A stretch of 64,000 nt of DNA, taken from the NCBI RefSeq assembly GCF_009914755.1, contig NC_060937.1; one strand, 5' to 3'. The notes under the pieces are model-generated. The model was not told the DNA's origin. It worked only from the letters and a program-made list of their open reading frames with translations, and did not search any database. This document shows, piece by piece, positions 26,261 through 41,476 of the stretch. How positions within the stretch are numbered: position 1 is the first letter of the stretch; every line of letters begins with the position of its first letter. The translations under genes and the position numbers were made by a program. This DNA comes from the human T2T-CHM13v2.0 reference genome, Homo sapiens.

Positions 26261-28573
26261 GCTGTGTACACTGCAGAGAACTATGCAAATACTGGTAGTC
26301 TCTACTTTGTGGGCCCTCCCAGGAGTCAGAAAAAGACAGGACCAGGTGGCTTTTTGGGCGTCCATTGCAACATCAGGGAGAGGAGTGAAGCCACAAGGAT
26401 GACATGGTCTATGGCACGTCCGGCTGCTACTGCTGCTGCCCATGACACACTCCTGGAGCCCAGGCAGAGTCTGTGTTTGTCATCTGAATTTCCCAGCTAG
26501 TTTAGAGTTTATGACATCAGAAAAGACAGCAAAATTCCAGAAAAAACTTGGGTCAAGTGCACTGCAGACAAATGGATTTCAAATTTGGTTTCTCCTTGCC
26601 CTTAGAATACATTTATTTAAAAAAACCTTTCTAGCAAAAGATATTACTACAGAGGAGAGAAACCTTTCTTCCACAGCGCCCTTGCACATTTGATCTGGTT
26701 TGCCCAGTGCGGGGTGGGGACAGGAAACTGACACCCTAGCAGGTTAATGTCTTCCAGGAAGTCCATTACAGATTCTGAATTTAAACCTGGGTCTACTAAT
26801 GATTGTTCTCCAATCACTTAGCTGCCACTTGTGAGTTTCCACTATGGAAACCAGTGATTTTTCACAGAAAATTAGTGAAGCAAATGGAATGATTTTTAAA
26901 AGCATAGGGTTTGAAGTCGGAAGGCTGGAGTCCAGAGCCCTGCTTCTGACACCTACTGGCCTGTCATTTTCACCTCCTAACATCTGAGGAGCCCAGGTTC
27001 TCCTTAGCAAAGTGGGGATGATAATTCCTAGGGCACCGGGCTGTTGAAGATTTAACTGGGATAATGGAAACTCACAGGCCATAAAACGCCCAGCCAGTGA
27101 TGAGTACTCACTACACTTTGGCCGCAGCTGGTTTTGATTTTAAATAAGTAACCTGCAAGTCTGTATCCATCGCTAGGCACTCCGGGGAAAAGGGGTGCGT
27201 ACAAAGGAGGGATGAACCCCCAGCTGTGGCTGCAATGGAGCCAGCATCCCATCAGAAAAGGGGAGCCCTGACCCTCCTCCCCTTCCCCTGGGACTGTTCT
27301 CAGGCAACGTGGGCTCCAGCCTGCAGGTGCCCGGCTCCACCGCCAGACGGCGCCGTGGCAAGGGACACCGCACAGGGCGCTGGGCTCCTGGAAGAGGGGA
27401 GGAGGCCGGCAAAGGTTTCAGAGGCAAAGTTGTCGGTTACAGGCCAGCCGCGGGAGCAGGGCGCGGAGCAGGGAATAAGCAGGAGCACTCTGTGTCAGCC
27501 TGGTTCTCTAAAGAGCGGGTAGTTCAAGGAAAGACACCGAATCAGGCATCCAACAACTGGGGAGCAGGACGGCGCCAGCCAAAAGAAGTTCTAGTTGGCC
27601 CAAGCCCGGGAGGCCTCACCCTTGCAGGTGGAGCTGGACCGGCTTCAAAAATGTGAGGTCCAGAGGTTGGGTAGATCATGGTGGTGCAGACACCCCACTA
27701 GGGCAGGATCGATTCCCTGTGGGGGAGCAAAGGGACATGAGAGATAAGCTCGGCCCAGGAGTAGGGGCCACATTACCCTTGGTATTAAGCAAAAGGCAAA
27801 AGAGGGTGTCCGTGGTGTAGCAAGGAGTCCCCAGGAGTTCCCAGCAAGGCAGGGACTGATGAAAACAGCGTTTGAGGAAAACAGGCCGAAGCCTGAACCA
27901 ATAGCCTTTAGGCTGCCAGACTGGTTTAGGGGAGAGAAGCAAAACAGATTTCCTTTTAGCAAAGCGCACGTCCTCACTGGCTACACTGTTAGCTCTCTGG
28001 GAGCTGATGCCATGCGCATAGTAGGTGTGTGGCAGAGACAGCTAGACATAGCCACCAAAGAGCCTGCTCGCCCGTAGAATGCAGGGCTATTGCAGGAAAG
28101 CATCTGCCCGGAGGCTCTGCTTCCCCATTTCCTCACACATTGAGCTAGCCAGAACCATGTGAGTGAGTCTGCACCAGCAACAGCAGGCACCATGACTGCC
28201 CCGTGGCTCTCTCCTAAAAGATAGCTCCCACTCTCTCTCCCTCCTCCTTCCCCAGGCTGGGTGTTGACACACAGGGCGAGGCCACATGGCAGAGCCTCCC
28301 CTGGGCCCTATTCCGGAACAGCTGTGAGGAAACCCCTCCTCTCCCACTCTACTGCGCCTCCCCTGGTCCTCACATGAGAAAGCAACTTCCATTGTGTTGA
28401 GCCACTGACATTAAGGACATTAGCAAATATAGTAACCAGTTTTACCTGCCATAATGCAAGGTTTTGCTATACATCTGTTGAATTGATGTGAATTTAACTG
28501 AACTCCTTAGGCCTGGGAGTTTTATACGATTTTAGGTTTAGCTGGAGGAAGAGGCTGGAGCGCCAGTCCTGCG

Positions 28574-29003
28574 TGTCAGGCCTCCGGGCCCAAGTTAAGC
28601 CATCATATCCCCTGTGACCTGCATGTATACATCCAGATGGCTTGAGGCAACTGAAGATCCACAAAAGAAGTGAAAATAGCCTTAACTGATGATGTTCCAC
28701 CATTGTGATTTGTTTCTGCCCCACCCTAACAATCAATGTACTTTGTAATCTCCCCCACCCTTAAGAAGGTTCTTTGTAGTTCTCCTCACCCTTGAGAATG
28801 TACTTTGTGAGATCCACCCGCTGCCCACAAAACATTGCTCCTAACTCCACTGCCTATCCCAAAACCTATAAGAACTAATGATAATCCCACCACCCTTGGC
28901 TGACTCTCTTTTCGGACTCAGCCTGCGTACACCCAGGTGAAATACAGCCTTGTTGCTCACACAAAGCCTGTTTGGTGGTCTCTTCACACGGACGTGCATG
29001 ACA
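28574..29003 (+). mobile_element. LTR7-family (HERV-H) solo LTR, LTR7B-like
   Basis: TGTCAGGCCTC...AAGCCATCATATCCCCTGTGACCTGCA start, CCTATAAGAAC TATA region, ...CTCTTCACACGGACGTGCATGACA end. Confidence 0.93.
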
Positions 29004-29134
29004 CTAAGAGCTCTTCAGTCTCTGCATTTCCATAAAGTGTGAACTTGGAAGGTTCCAGGGTCCCCACTGCTGCCATGGGGATTGCCAAGACTGGGTGGTT
29101 TGGGCCTCTTCAAACAATTTCTTGTAATTTTCTT

Positions 29135-29442
<308 letters not shown>

Positions 29443-31197
29443 CCATAATTTTCTTAAAGTCTAGTATCTAAGACTTCAAAACAAGATTTAAGCCAGTAAA
29501 ATCAAGTGGGCAAGGTTTTGAATTGCCAGTGGTGCTTTAAAGCATTTACAGGCCAAGGGCATCCTTCTGGACCTGACATTCTTCTAGAGACAATGAGTCA
29601 TCCATAGAGCTCTGACCCTGAATTAAGCATTAAAAGTGATTGTTGAGCAGGACAGTCCTGCACAGCCAAAAGTTTCCTGTAAAGTCACAGAAAGTAGCAG
29701 GAAAGATGTTTTTATCCCTGTCCAGAAAAAAGAGCTAAGGTTTCACAGCGCTGGAGGTCCCCAAAAAGGTCCAAATTAATAAACAGTCAGAAACAATCTC
29801 CAAACCTTTTGAGAGAAAATCATCCAAGGTCATTCTTTTTAAGCTGACCTTCCTACCCTGCCTTCTTCTCTGCAGCTTCTTAACAAAAACTCAGCACAGT
29901 AGGGCATTCCTGTGGGGGCCACTGAAGGTAAGTCATTCTTACTCTAGTTCTCCGGGGGGAAAGAAAAGCATTCTAGACATAAGGAGTGGACAGATAGTAA
30001 TCCTAGAATAAAGAAGGGTTTATAAATACCAAGAATTCAAAGCAAATTAGTTATCAGGCCTAATGAAGATCAGGAACTCTGATGAACAGCTCCCAGCTGG
30101 GGCAAATTAGGTTTTAATAAATATAAGGTCCCTATGTCATCTTTCCATCTGCTCCTTTTCCTGAGACTTTCAGGAGAGGCATGTGAGGTGATGAGACATG
30201 GAAGATGGGCCCTCAGAGATCTGTATTCCCTTAAGTCCCGGAGCATCATAGAAGCTTGGGTCTCAAAGCAAATCTGATTAACTCCCCCAGCTTAATAGAG
30301 GAAGAAGCCAAGCCCCAAGGGAGGAACTGACTTCCTGAGCCCCTACAGTTTGTTAGTGAGAGATGGAAGAGAGCCTGGAGCACAGATCTCCTGAGTGGGC
30401 TCTGCCTGAGCAGCACGCGGTGAATAGGAACCCACACGCAGGAGATGATGGACAGAGCTTCACACCAATCACCCCCATGTGTCGATGTCTCCTCCTCCTC
30501 CTTGGGCAAACCCCTTAGTTTCTCCGACCTCAGCTTTCCATTTATAAAAATGGGCACAGTAGTGCCTCTGGTGCAGAGAAGCTGGGGGTAAGAGGGGGCT
30601 TTCAGCACAGCGCAGGTGCACAGGGCTGTTAGAAGTAGAGAGGAAATGCTGAATGGGTGGCCGATGGACAAAGCAAGAGAAACTGACCGACCGAAAGACC
30701 TTGCCCACTGTTTATACGCCTTCGATCAATGTCCAAGTGAGTTTGTCCTGGCTTTATGTGAACAGTTTTGTCCACTGTCCAAGTGAAACTTGAGCCACTT
30801 GAGGAGGAAGAACTGCTTTACCTCTCATTATACTGTATTTTCCCCTCCTATTGAAATGGAAATGTCAAGTTCAAAATTCTTATGCAAGGTAGGAAGAGAA
30901 TCAAGTCAGTTCTTTCAAGAGCTCCACGCCCTTCACCCGAAACACAGCCCAGGAGTCTTTCCCCTATCAGCCCAGCAGTGACTCAGCTTGCCTCTGAACC
31001 TTTCCACCCACCTCTGGGCGGTCCTTGAGTCAGGAATTCAGCATCAGTGACAGGTCCTTTGTCCAGGGCCTGCTTTGCACACTTTGGAAATACAAAGAAG
31101 TTGAAGACAATGTCCCTATTCTGAGACACACAAACACACAGCAAAACCATGACCACTAAAACGTAAACACTCAAGTTCTCACTTCCTGTTGCCACAT

Positions 31198-32047
<850 letters not shown>

Positions 32048-32113
32048 ACATGGAGTCATGTCCTTCAGGCTGGGCCACTGTTACCTACCCTACTATATTC
32101 AAGTCTCATTCCT

Positions 32114-33005
32114 CCTTCGTCTACATCTGGGCTTTCGTCCCAGCTCTGTAACTAATCTAGTGGTGAGATCATAGGCCAATTATTCTATGAACCTCAGTCC
32201 TCCCAGATATAAAGTTGGGACAGTAATACCTGCTTTGCCTGATCAGAGTGAGGATTAAATGAGATATTTCATATACAGTGTTTAGTGTATATACAGTCCC
32301 TGGCACAGAGTAACAGCTGCCAGTAAACAGTCACTGTTCCACGGGCATTTCATTTGTTCCACAAGCCTTTGCTGAGCAGGCACCGCGAGTGCCTGAAGGA
32401 TGCACAGGCCCTGCTTGCAGAGGGCTCCCTGTCCTTCTGTGCTTTGATTCAGACTTCCTGAAAATCAAGTGGTTGCTGTGTGCCACGCTTTCATTTATCC
32501 TTCACAATTGCCCCATGTGTAGGGGGTATCCCATCTCACAGCAGAGGAAAATGTGTCTCAGAGAGGCTGTCACATGCCCACAGCCAGCAGGACACAGCTG
32601 ATCTGGACCCAGGGCTCTGCACCAAAAACCTGGGCCACCTCATCCTCCCGTATGACTCACACCACAGGGAGCAAGAGGAGAGTCAGGAAGTTGGGTTCTA
32701 GAACCAAGGAGTTGGGTTGCTGAGCTTAGAAATGCTTCCTCACTCTTCTTAGTCTCAAGGGAGGTGATGGAATAATGACAGAAACACTTGCCATTTATTG
32801 GAAGCTGTTACTCAGTGCCAGGCACTGTATATACACTAAGCACTTTATATGCAGTATCTCATTTAATTCTCACTCTAATCAATCAAGGCAGGCATTATTG
32901 TCTCAACTTTATATCTGGGAATTCCAAAGTTCATAAAATAACTGGCCCATGATCTCACTACTAGTCAGTGACAGAACTGGGACAGAAGTCCAGATGCAGA
33001 TGAGG
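32114..33005. repeat. Inverted repeat of MIR-derived arms (32114-32327 plus; 32794-33005 minus)
   Basis: Arms align as reverse complements and include shared non-consensus words. Confidence 0.85.
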
Positions 33006-33728
33006 CCAAAGCTCGGGCTCTGAATGGCTAGAATATACTGTTACCTTCTATGGGAACAGCAGAGGCTGAAGGGAGGTCACCCTCACACTTCCAAAGAGCT
33101 TGCTATGGATTGGCATCTAGACCTGACTACACGGTGCACATATACAGTCTACGTAGCATAGAGTGCTGCAAAACGTGTTGTTAAAACACCAGCAGCCTCT
33201 GCTTGTTATTCAGTCAACACTGATAAGAAGAAACAACCAAAGAAGGACCATAGTCAGTTTATCCTCTTTTATTAGTGATGATTTCTCTTTCTGGCAATAT
33301 GGCTGATTAACATGGCCTGAAGTCCCTAGAATTGTTAAAATAGAATATCTTTTTTATGCAAGGCTGATCTTTAAAGAGAAGGGAGGACGGGAGCAGTAAT
33401 TCTCAGGTGTCAAAAACTAGGAGGGAGGTGAAAATGGTGCCATATGTGTGTGAGCTGATGCTGTGGCTGCCCTCGTCCCCTGGGAGCTTGCACAGAAGAT
33501 AAGATGAAGCTTCATGGGGAGGACGATTGGAACTGAAAACATACTTAGTTCCAAAACCCCTCCTCATGTGAGAGAATGTACTAGGAAGAACTTCCCCACT
33601 GGAACAAGCTGCTGAAAGGAAGTTTACCTGCTCTAGGCACTGGGTGACAATTCAGAACCCCAGGCCTGCTCTTCAAGCAGGGATGGAGGTTGAATTTCCA
33701 TTACCCGACTATCCCCAAGCCAAAAAAA

Positions 33729-33872
33729 ATTTTTTTTTTAAATTTTTGTTTTTGTAGAGACAGGGTCTTGCTATGTTTCTCAGCTTGGTCTCAATCTCCT
33801 AAACTCAAGCAGTCCTCCCACTTCAGCCTCCCAGAAGGCTGGGATTATAGACGTGAGCCACCATGCCCAGCC
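33729..33872 (-). mobile_element. Alu monomer (FLAM-like)
   Basis: Antisense left monomer. Confidence 0.88.
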
Positions 33873-34282
33873 CCCAAGCCAACATATCATAAAATTGACT
33901 GCAAAACTGATGTGAAAGGACTTTCACAAGGAAGCCACAAGAGATCCTTGAGGAGGAAGCAAGCCCAACTAAACACGAGCTCATAATAAAAAATGACAAA
34001 ACCTAAAGGAGACTGTCAACAATGAGTGGAAGTCAGCAAACACAGTCAACAGCAAAATTACAGCCTCAAACATTTGCGATAACAGAGGTATGTTAAATCA
34101 GTTAAAATATGCAAGAGAAGTTAGACACACAAACTAGAATAAGAAAGTCTCTCACACTAAGAGATGTTTCTGAAAGAGATGGGTGAGGGGCAATAGTCAA
34201 AGAGTTACTGGCTAAGAATTTTCAAAAACCTTCAGATTCAAGATGTTTAAGTTCCAAACAGTATAAACAAATAGAAATCTAA

Positions 34283-34609
<327 letters not shown>

Positions 34610-34750
34610 CAGATTTTTTAAAAGACTGAAAAGTGAAGAAAAGTGGAGGGGACATCTTAAATTGCAGTCAATTTTATTGTTGCAAAGATGTGTCTCTGTT
34701 TCCATGCACTAGGGATGAATTCCCTTTTCGTCATCAGCAGCACACAATTA

Positions 34751-35318
<568 letters not shown>

Positions 35319-35900
35319 TTACTGAGGGGAAGGAATTAGAAGAAGTGCGAGGCTTTATGAACAGAAGGAGCGGCTTTCTCTGAATTTGCTGCTGAAACTG
35401 GGTGCAAGGGGAAGATACGGCAAAGTAGCATAGTTTAACTGGGGACAAAAAAATTGCATGTTGCATTAGCATTTACCAAATCTTTATTACTAGGAAGGTG
35501 ACTTTCCTCTTTGACAATACTTCCTGCATCCCTGTTATGATCACTAAAGGCCTTTAATGCCTACGTGTCTGCAGGGAGAGGCTGGAAACATTGCCCCATC
35601 CACCCTTTACACCACCATTTCATATAGAAGAAAGTGTGTTTTCTTCACTCAAGCTTTAGCAAAATTCACAAGTACAACTTCCCACAGAATGGGTATATGG
35701 GCACAACTATTTGTCATCATTCTGCCACTACTCCTGTTTGGGCTATGAACACAGGGCAGTTCTCACATTCAAAATTATCCTCACATTCCCTTGCAAATTT
35801 TTTTTCATCTTTTCAATACAATGAATCAAAGAAATATTTTTCTCACTGACTTCATGTGTTCTATTGACTTTTGCTTACTTAAAAGTAATAAGCATATATT

Positions 35901-36204
35901 TCTTTTTTGTTTGTTTGTTTTGAGACAGGGTCTCTCTCTGTCACCCAGACTGGAGTGCAGTGGCAAAATTACTGCCTCCTGCAAACTCAGCCTCCCAGGC
36001 TCAAGCAATCTTCCTGCCTCAGCTTCCCAAGTAGCTAGGACTACAGACACATGCCACCACACCCAGCAAATGTTTGTATTTTTTTGTAGAGATGGGGTTT
36101 CAGTATGCCACCCAGGCTGGTCTCAAACTCCTGGGCACAAGAGATCCACCTGCCTTGGCCTCCCAAAATGCTAGGATTACAGGCATGTGCCATTAAGCCC
36201 GGCC
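35901..36204 (-). mobile_element. Alu (J-like), followed by a monomer at 36304-36433
   Basis: Diverged antisense dimer. Confidence 0.94.
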
Positions 36205-37372
36205 TAAGCATATATTTTAAACACATCTAGCTTTTGTCTTGCTATTTTAAAAAAAAGGGTGTAAATATATAATCACCCTCGTCCCAAAAATGGCCTGAAT
36301 AGATTTTGTTGTTTTTTTTTTTTTTAGATGAGGGCTCACTATGTCGTCCAGGCTGTTCTCCAACTCCTGGGCTCAAGCGATCCTCCCACCTTGGCCTACC
36401 AAAGTGCTGGGATTACAGGCATCCGCCACACTGGGTTCTAGAATTCTTAAATTATTTTTCAATGACTACACATAAATGTTTTCCATTTATACACAGGGTT
36501 TCAGTAAGAGAAAGCATTTCTTTCTGAAATCAGTTCATAAACTGACATCACTTTCTTATATAAAGTAATTGCTACCCTCTTGACACACCCCTTTGGAGAT
36601 GTACATATTTTCATCAATGCCTCTCCTGCAGCATATATTAAGGTATGTTCAATAGAGGCATCTATTCCATAAACGACATAAGAATAGCTACATTGCCTGA
36701 GTGTTCAGCGTCTCCCAGCCCCCGTGTTGAGAGCTTCCTCCCAGGTGAATCTGTTGTCCCCCACCCTCCAGGTGAGGAAATTAAGGCTGTGAAAGGGCTG
36801 GGAACCCTCACTCCATGCTGCCTCTTCATGGAGCTGAGCCAATAGCGGTCCAATTTCTGCATCTGAATCATTTGGGGCCAGAAAGAATTTTTATAGGATA
36901 AAATGCACAGAATCCAGAAGAGTACTGAAGACTCTTCCCCACCTCACCGCAGCTGGAGGATTTGACTGAGATGAGGGTCACATGCATACGGTAAGTCAAG
37001 GTCTGGAGAGCTGAGCTGAAGGGGCACCCTGGAGCCTGGCAGAGCGCCTGCATGGCAGCTGAGGGAAGAGGATGCTGAATGGGAGGTCAATGTTGCTCCA
37101 GCAAAGCTCCAGACAAATGAGGACGAAGTCACTGAGGCACCGTGGGAAAGCCCACCCTGGAGTCTTTTCACCCACGGAAACTCATTACGCAGTCCCCAAC
37201 CCACTAGAAGGCCCAGTAGCCCAGGTCAGGGTTTCCACATCCTCCCCTCCCCTGCAGGGGTATTGCATGACAATCGGGGCCAATTCTGATATCCCGAGGC
37301 TGAACCACACATTAGCCTTCTATGCACTGACCATTCGTAGGGTCAAAGTTATTTTTGTAAAAGCTGAGAGTA

Positions 37373-37688
37373 GGCCGGGCGCGGTGGCTCATGCCTGTAA
37401 TCCCAGCACTTTGGGAGGCCGAGGCGGGCGGATCACGAGGTCAGGAGATCGAGGCCATCCTGGCTAACACGGTGAAAACCCGTCTCTACTAAAAATACAA
37501 AAAATTAGGCGGGCGCCTGTAGTCCCAGCTACTCGGGAGGCTGAGGCAGGAGAATGGCGTGAACCCCGGGGGGCGGAGTCTGCAGTGAGCCGAGATCGCG
37601 CCACTGCCCTCCAACCTGGGCGACATCGAGACTCCGTCTCAAAAAAACAAAACAAACAAACAACAAAAACAAACAAACAAACAAAAAC
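37373..37688 (+). mobile_element. Young AluY (Ye-like diagnostics) with a short internal deletion
   Basis: CpG-rich; GAACCCCGGGGGGCGGAG variant; TSD CTGAGAGTA. Confidence 0.93.
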
Positions 37689-37739
37689 ACTGAGAGTAGA
37701 GCAATGCACAAGAGTATTTAATTCTGTGAATTTAACGGA

Positions 37740-38560
37740 TGAGAACTGGGGAGGAAAACCGGTGTCGGTAAATAGTCCTTCTTGACCACTACGCAAATAT
37801 TTCATCTCCCAAGCCCGGAAGTGGGGTAGAGCGCGGGAAGCACCGTGTGTCAGCTGAGGTGAGGGCTGAGGGACGAGGGGGAATCCACAAAGACCCCTGC
37901 AGCTTAGGTTCGCGCGTGCCTGGGGCTGGCAGGTGTGCCAGACACTGGCTCTGGAGGCGCAGCTCCACCGTGTCTGTGGAGTGGACTCTCTCTAAACCAG
38001 TGAGTTCCTGTAAAAGCGGCTTTTATTAACTTAACAGGTAGATCCAGCAGGCTCCAGTCCTCTTTGCAATCGTTCGCCTCTGGCCCCCAGCGGGAGGAAA
38101 GAGGAGGGTGAAAGGAGAAGCCCCCGGGCTGTCCCCAAGGGAGTGCTCCCTGGCAGAGTGCGCTGGGCCCTGCCCTCCTGACGAGGGAGCGCCCCTACAC
38201 TAGTGCATATTTTCCATATAGACATTGGATAGGATCCACCGTCCAGAGAGGGGAGGGTGGCCCCCAGCGCCATCCCCAACTGACAGGAGACCCCGCCTTA
38301 GCGAGCGCTGTCCCCAGCCCGCCAGCCTCGCCTTTCTCTCTGCACAGTGCAGCCCTGACCACCTGGCGTGAGCCTCCTTCCCGAGCGCCATCTGCCTGCG
38401 CCCCTGAAAAGCCATTGGGCCTGCGACAGCCAGGGAGCCCCTCAGCTCGCTGGTATCCTTCGGGGGCGCGGGGGGCACACAGAGCGGACTTCCCTCAGCC
38501 ACACGCCCAGGGCTGCACGCACCCAGGACAGCTGCGGACACCCCCTCCCCACCCTCCCCA
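37740..38560 (+). promoter_or_regulatory. CpG-enriched, TATA-less promoter-like region with ETS site and candidate first-exon donor
   Basis: CCGGAAGTG at 37815-37823, CGCG words, GAG|GTGAGG donor at 37858/37859, second CCA|GTGAGT at about 38000. Confidence 0.55.
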
Positions 38561-39514
38561 GACCATCAGGACGCACAAGGTGCCTGCTTTTCAAAAACTC
38601 CCATGTGTCCTTCAGTGTTCCCCCAACTCTGCGGAGGGGACAGGGGCTGATTCTGATGCAACTTTCCCAAACAATTGTCAATGAAAAGGGACAAACTCTG
38701 TAAAATATTTAAGAGATTTATTCTGAGCCAAATGTGAGTGACTATGGCCGGTGACACAGCCCTCAGGAGATCCTGAGACATGTGCCCAAGGTGGTCCGGG
38801 TGCAGCTTGTTTTTATACATTTTAGGGAGGCATGAGCCATTAATCAAATACAGTTGAGAAATACATTGGTTTGGTCCAGAAATGAGGAATTTAGGCATGA
38901 TAAAAAAAAAAATCAGAGCTTAGTCCTCATTCCCCTCTCTTGGCCAAAAGCATTCCATAGAATGTATGTGCCCCAGCAGGTCCCACTGAGCTAAAAAGGC
39001 TCATTCCTAGAACTGTCTGACTTGATGGTAATAGTTTTAAATATTAGCGATTTGGATCATGGCGGGAGGACATGGTCTGACCTGATATAATAGCCAATAG
39101 TTTAAGAAGTGAGACGGAGTCAGGCCTAGAGTTTAGTCTTTAAAAAATCCCAGGTCAGGTCTATTTTGCGAGCTATCATGGTCCAGGTCTTCAGTTGTGC
39201 CTTTTTCCTTTGCTGTGTCTGGCATAACATTTACAAGTGATGTAGTAAAAAATATCAAAAAGACAGTAAAGATTAAGCATCCAAGAAGGTTATAGGTAGA
39301 ATCAGAGGGCAGTAAACTCAACCAGCAAAAAAGAAAAAAAAAAACAAAACCCTGCATGCATCATCATACTTTTTTAGTAGACTTACAGTGCATTTACCCT
39401 TCTTATCAAGGGTTATTTGAACTTTATGATAAACCTTATTTGAGGAATGTAAGGCCGACATTAAATCAGAGTCCCATAAATTTAATCCCTCTTCTGGCTA
39501 ATTTATCTCCATAA

Positions 39515-39839
39515 TGTTTTAGGACTTTCTCCTTAGGGTTCTTGTCACACAACCAGGAAAGATTAGGGTTGCAGACACATAGAAGGATGAGAAAAATGGA
39601 ATTCATTGGGTAAAAAGGGAAAAAATGGAAACAGGGACTCTCAGCAAAGGGAGAGTCCTGCTAGCAGGGTTCCCACCTCACAGATTGAATCCCAGGACAC
39701 CACCCAGGAACAGAAGAGGCCAGGGTCCTCCCCACTGCAAACTTGCAAACTTCCCGAGGCTCCAGCCCCGTGCGCCCTCCTCCCAGTGTGTAGGCCATTT
39801 AGAGGTTCTCCGGGGAGCCCTTTTTACTTGGCTGTCTCA
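39515..39839 (-). mobile_element. MER61-like solo LTR nested in the MER4 internal region
   Basis: Minus strand begins TGAGACAGCCAAGTAAAAAGGGCTCCCCGGAGAACC; flanks ATAA/ATAG. Confidence 0.75.
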
Positions 39840-39929
39840 ATAGGTATGACATCCTGAGGAGGGTATAAATCAAATGCAAGAAACGCCTGGGCCTCTGTGT
39901 CTAAATTGTCATAGAACATAGGACCTGTT

Positions 39930-40430
<501 letters not shown>

Positions 40431-41180
40431 TTAATTGTTCTAGGCCAGATAGGAGTGGATGTGGACAGGCATTCATTACATCTAAAAATTATTATTTTAA
40501 GTTAAAAAAAAAGCTGACAAACAAAACCAAAAGGCAAAGTTACAAGACTGACTTATTTTTAACTTCTATGTGTTGAGTTACTGTAAGCTTGGTTTTTGTT
40601 ACAGACTTATAGCAATCAGCTATACAAAACCTAAGCCTTGTTCTGAAAAATAATTGAAAATATGTATATATATAGATATAGATATATTTATCTTTACAAC
40701 TCATAATTTGAAGTATTATACCCAGTAGGCTTTGTTCCGAGGTATTTTTATCCTGTTAGTAAATATTTTTCTTTAATTCTATCGTAAGCAGAAAATTTTT
40801 ATGGTAGGGGTGGATGCAACAGTAGCACATCATACTTTGGGAGGCAACTAAACTTGTTTTACCAGCTGTTTAGGCATTTTTGTACCCCTTCTTGGTTTGG
40901 AGGGTTTGACCTTGACCTAATTTTATCCCTCAAAACCAGCCCTTACAGTCTAATGCACCCATCTCCTCCACGATAGTACCTGGGCCTAAAAAGGGAGGCT
41001 GCTTGTCTATAGTCTTAGCAGCAGAGTATCAGCAGTGAAACAGATTCCGGCCCAGTGGGGTGCCACATGAGGGAGATTCATATCTCTGGTCTTCAGAATA
41101 CCATGATTTTGGTCTCTGTGGAAGTAAAACAAGGAGAGATAAATAACACTTCTAGTTTGACAATTATAAGAGTAATTTGT

Positions 41181-41476
41181 GGCCGGATGCAGTGGCTCAC
41201 GCCTGTAATCCCAACACTTTGGGAGGCTGAGGCGGGTGGATCACCTGAGGTCAGGAGTTCAAGACCAGCTTGGCCAACATGGTGAAATTCTGTCTCTACA
41301 AAAATACAAAAATTAGGTGAGCATGATGGTGAGTGACTGTAGTCCCAGCTACTCAGGAGGCTGAGGTAGGAGACTCGCTTGAACCCAGGAGGCAAAGGTT
41401 GCGGTGAGCTGAGATCACACCATTGCACTTCAGCCTGGGTGACAGAGCGAGACTCCATCTTAAAAAAAAAAAAAAA
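41181..41476 (+). mobile_element. Alu (S-like)
   Basis: Full dimer with poly-A. Confidence 0.96.

Noticed and set aside
36501-36703. Minus-strand open frame with GIDASI...AAGEALMKICTSPKGC, faintly macrodomain-like
   Set aside because: Bounded by stops, no convincing splice sites or start, and only a few matching residues; would need an HMM hit to be credible
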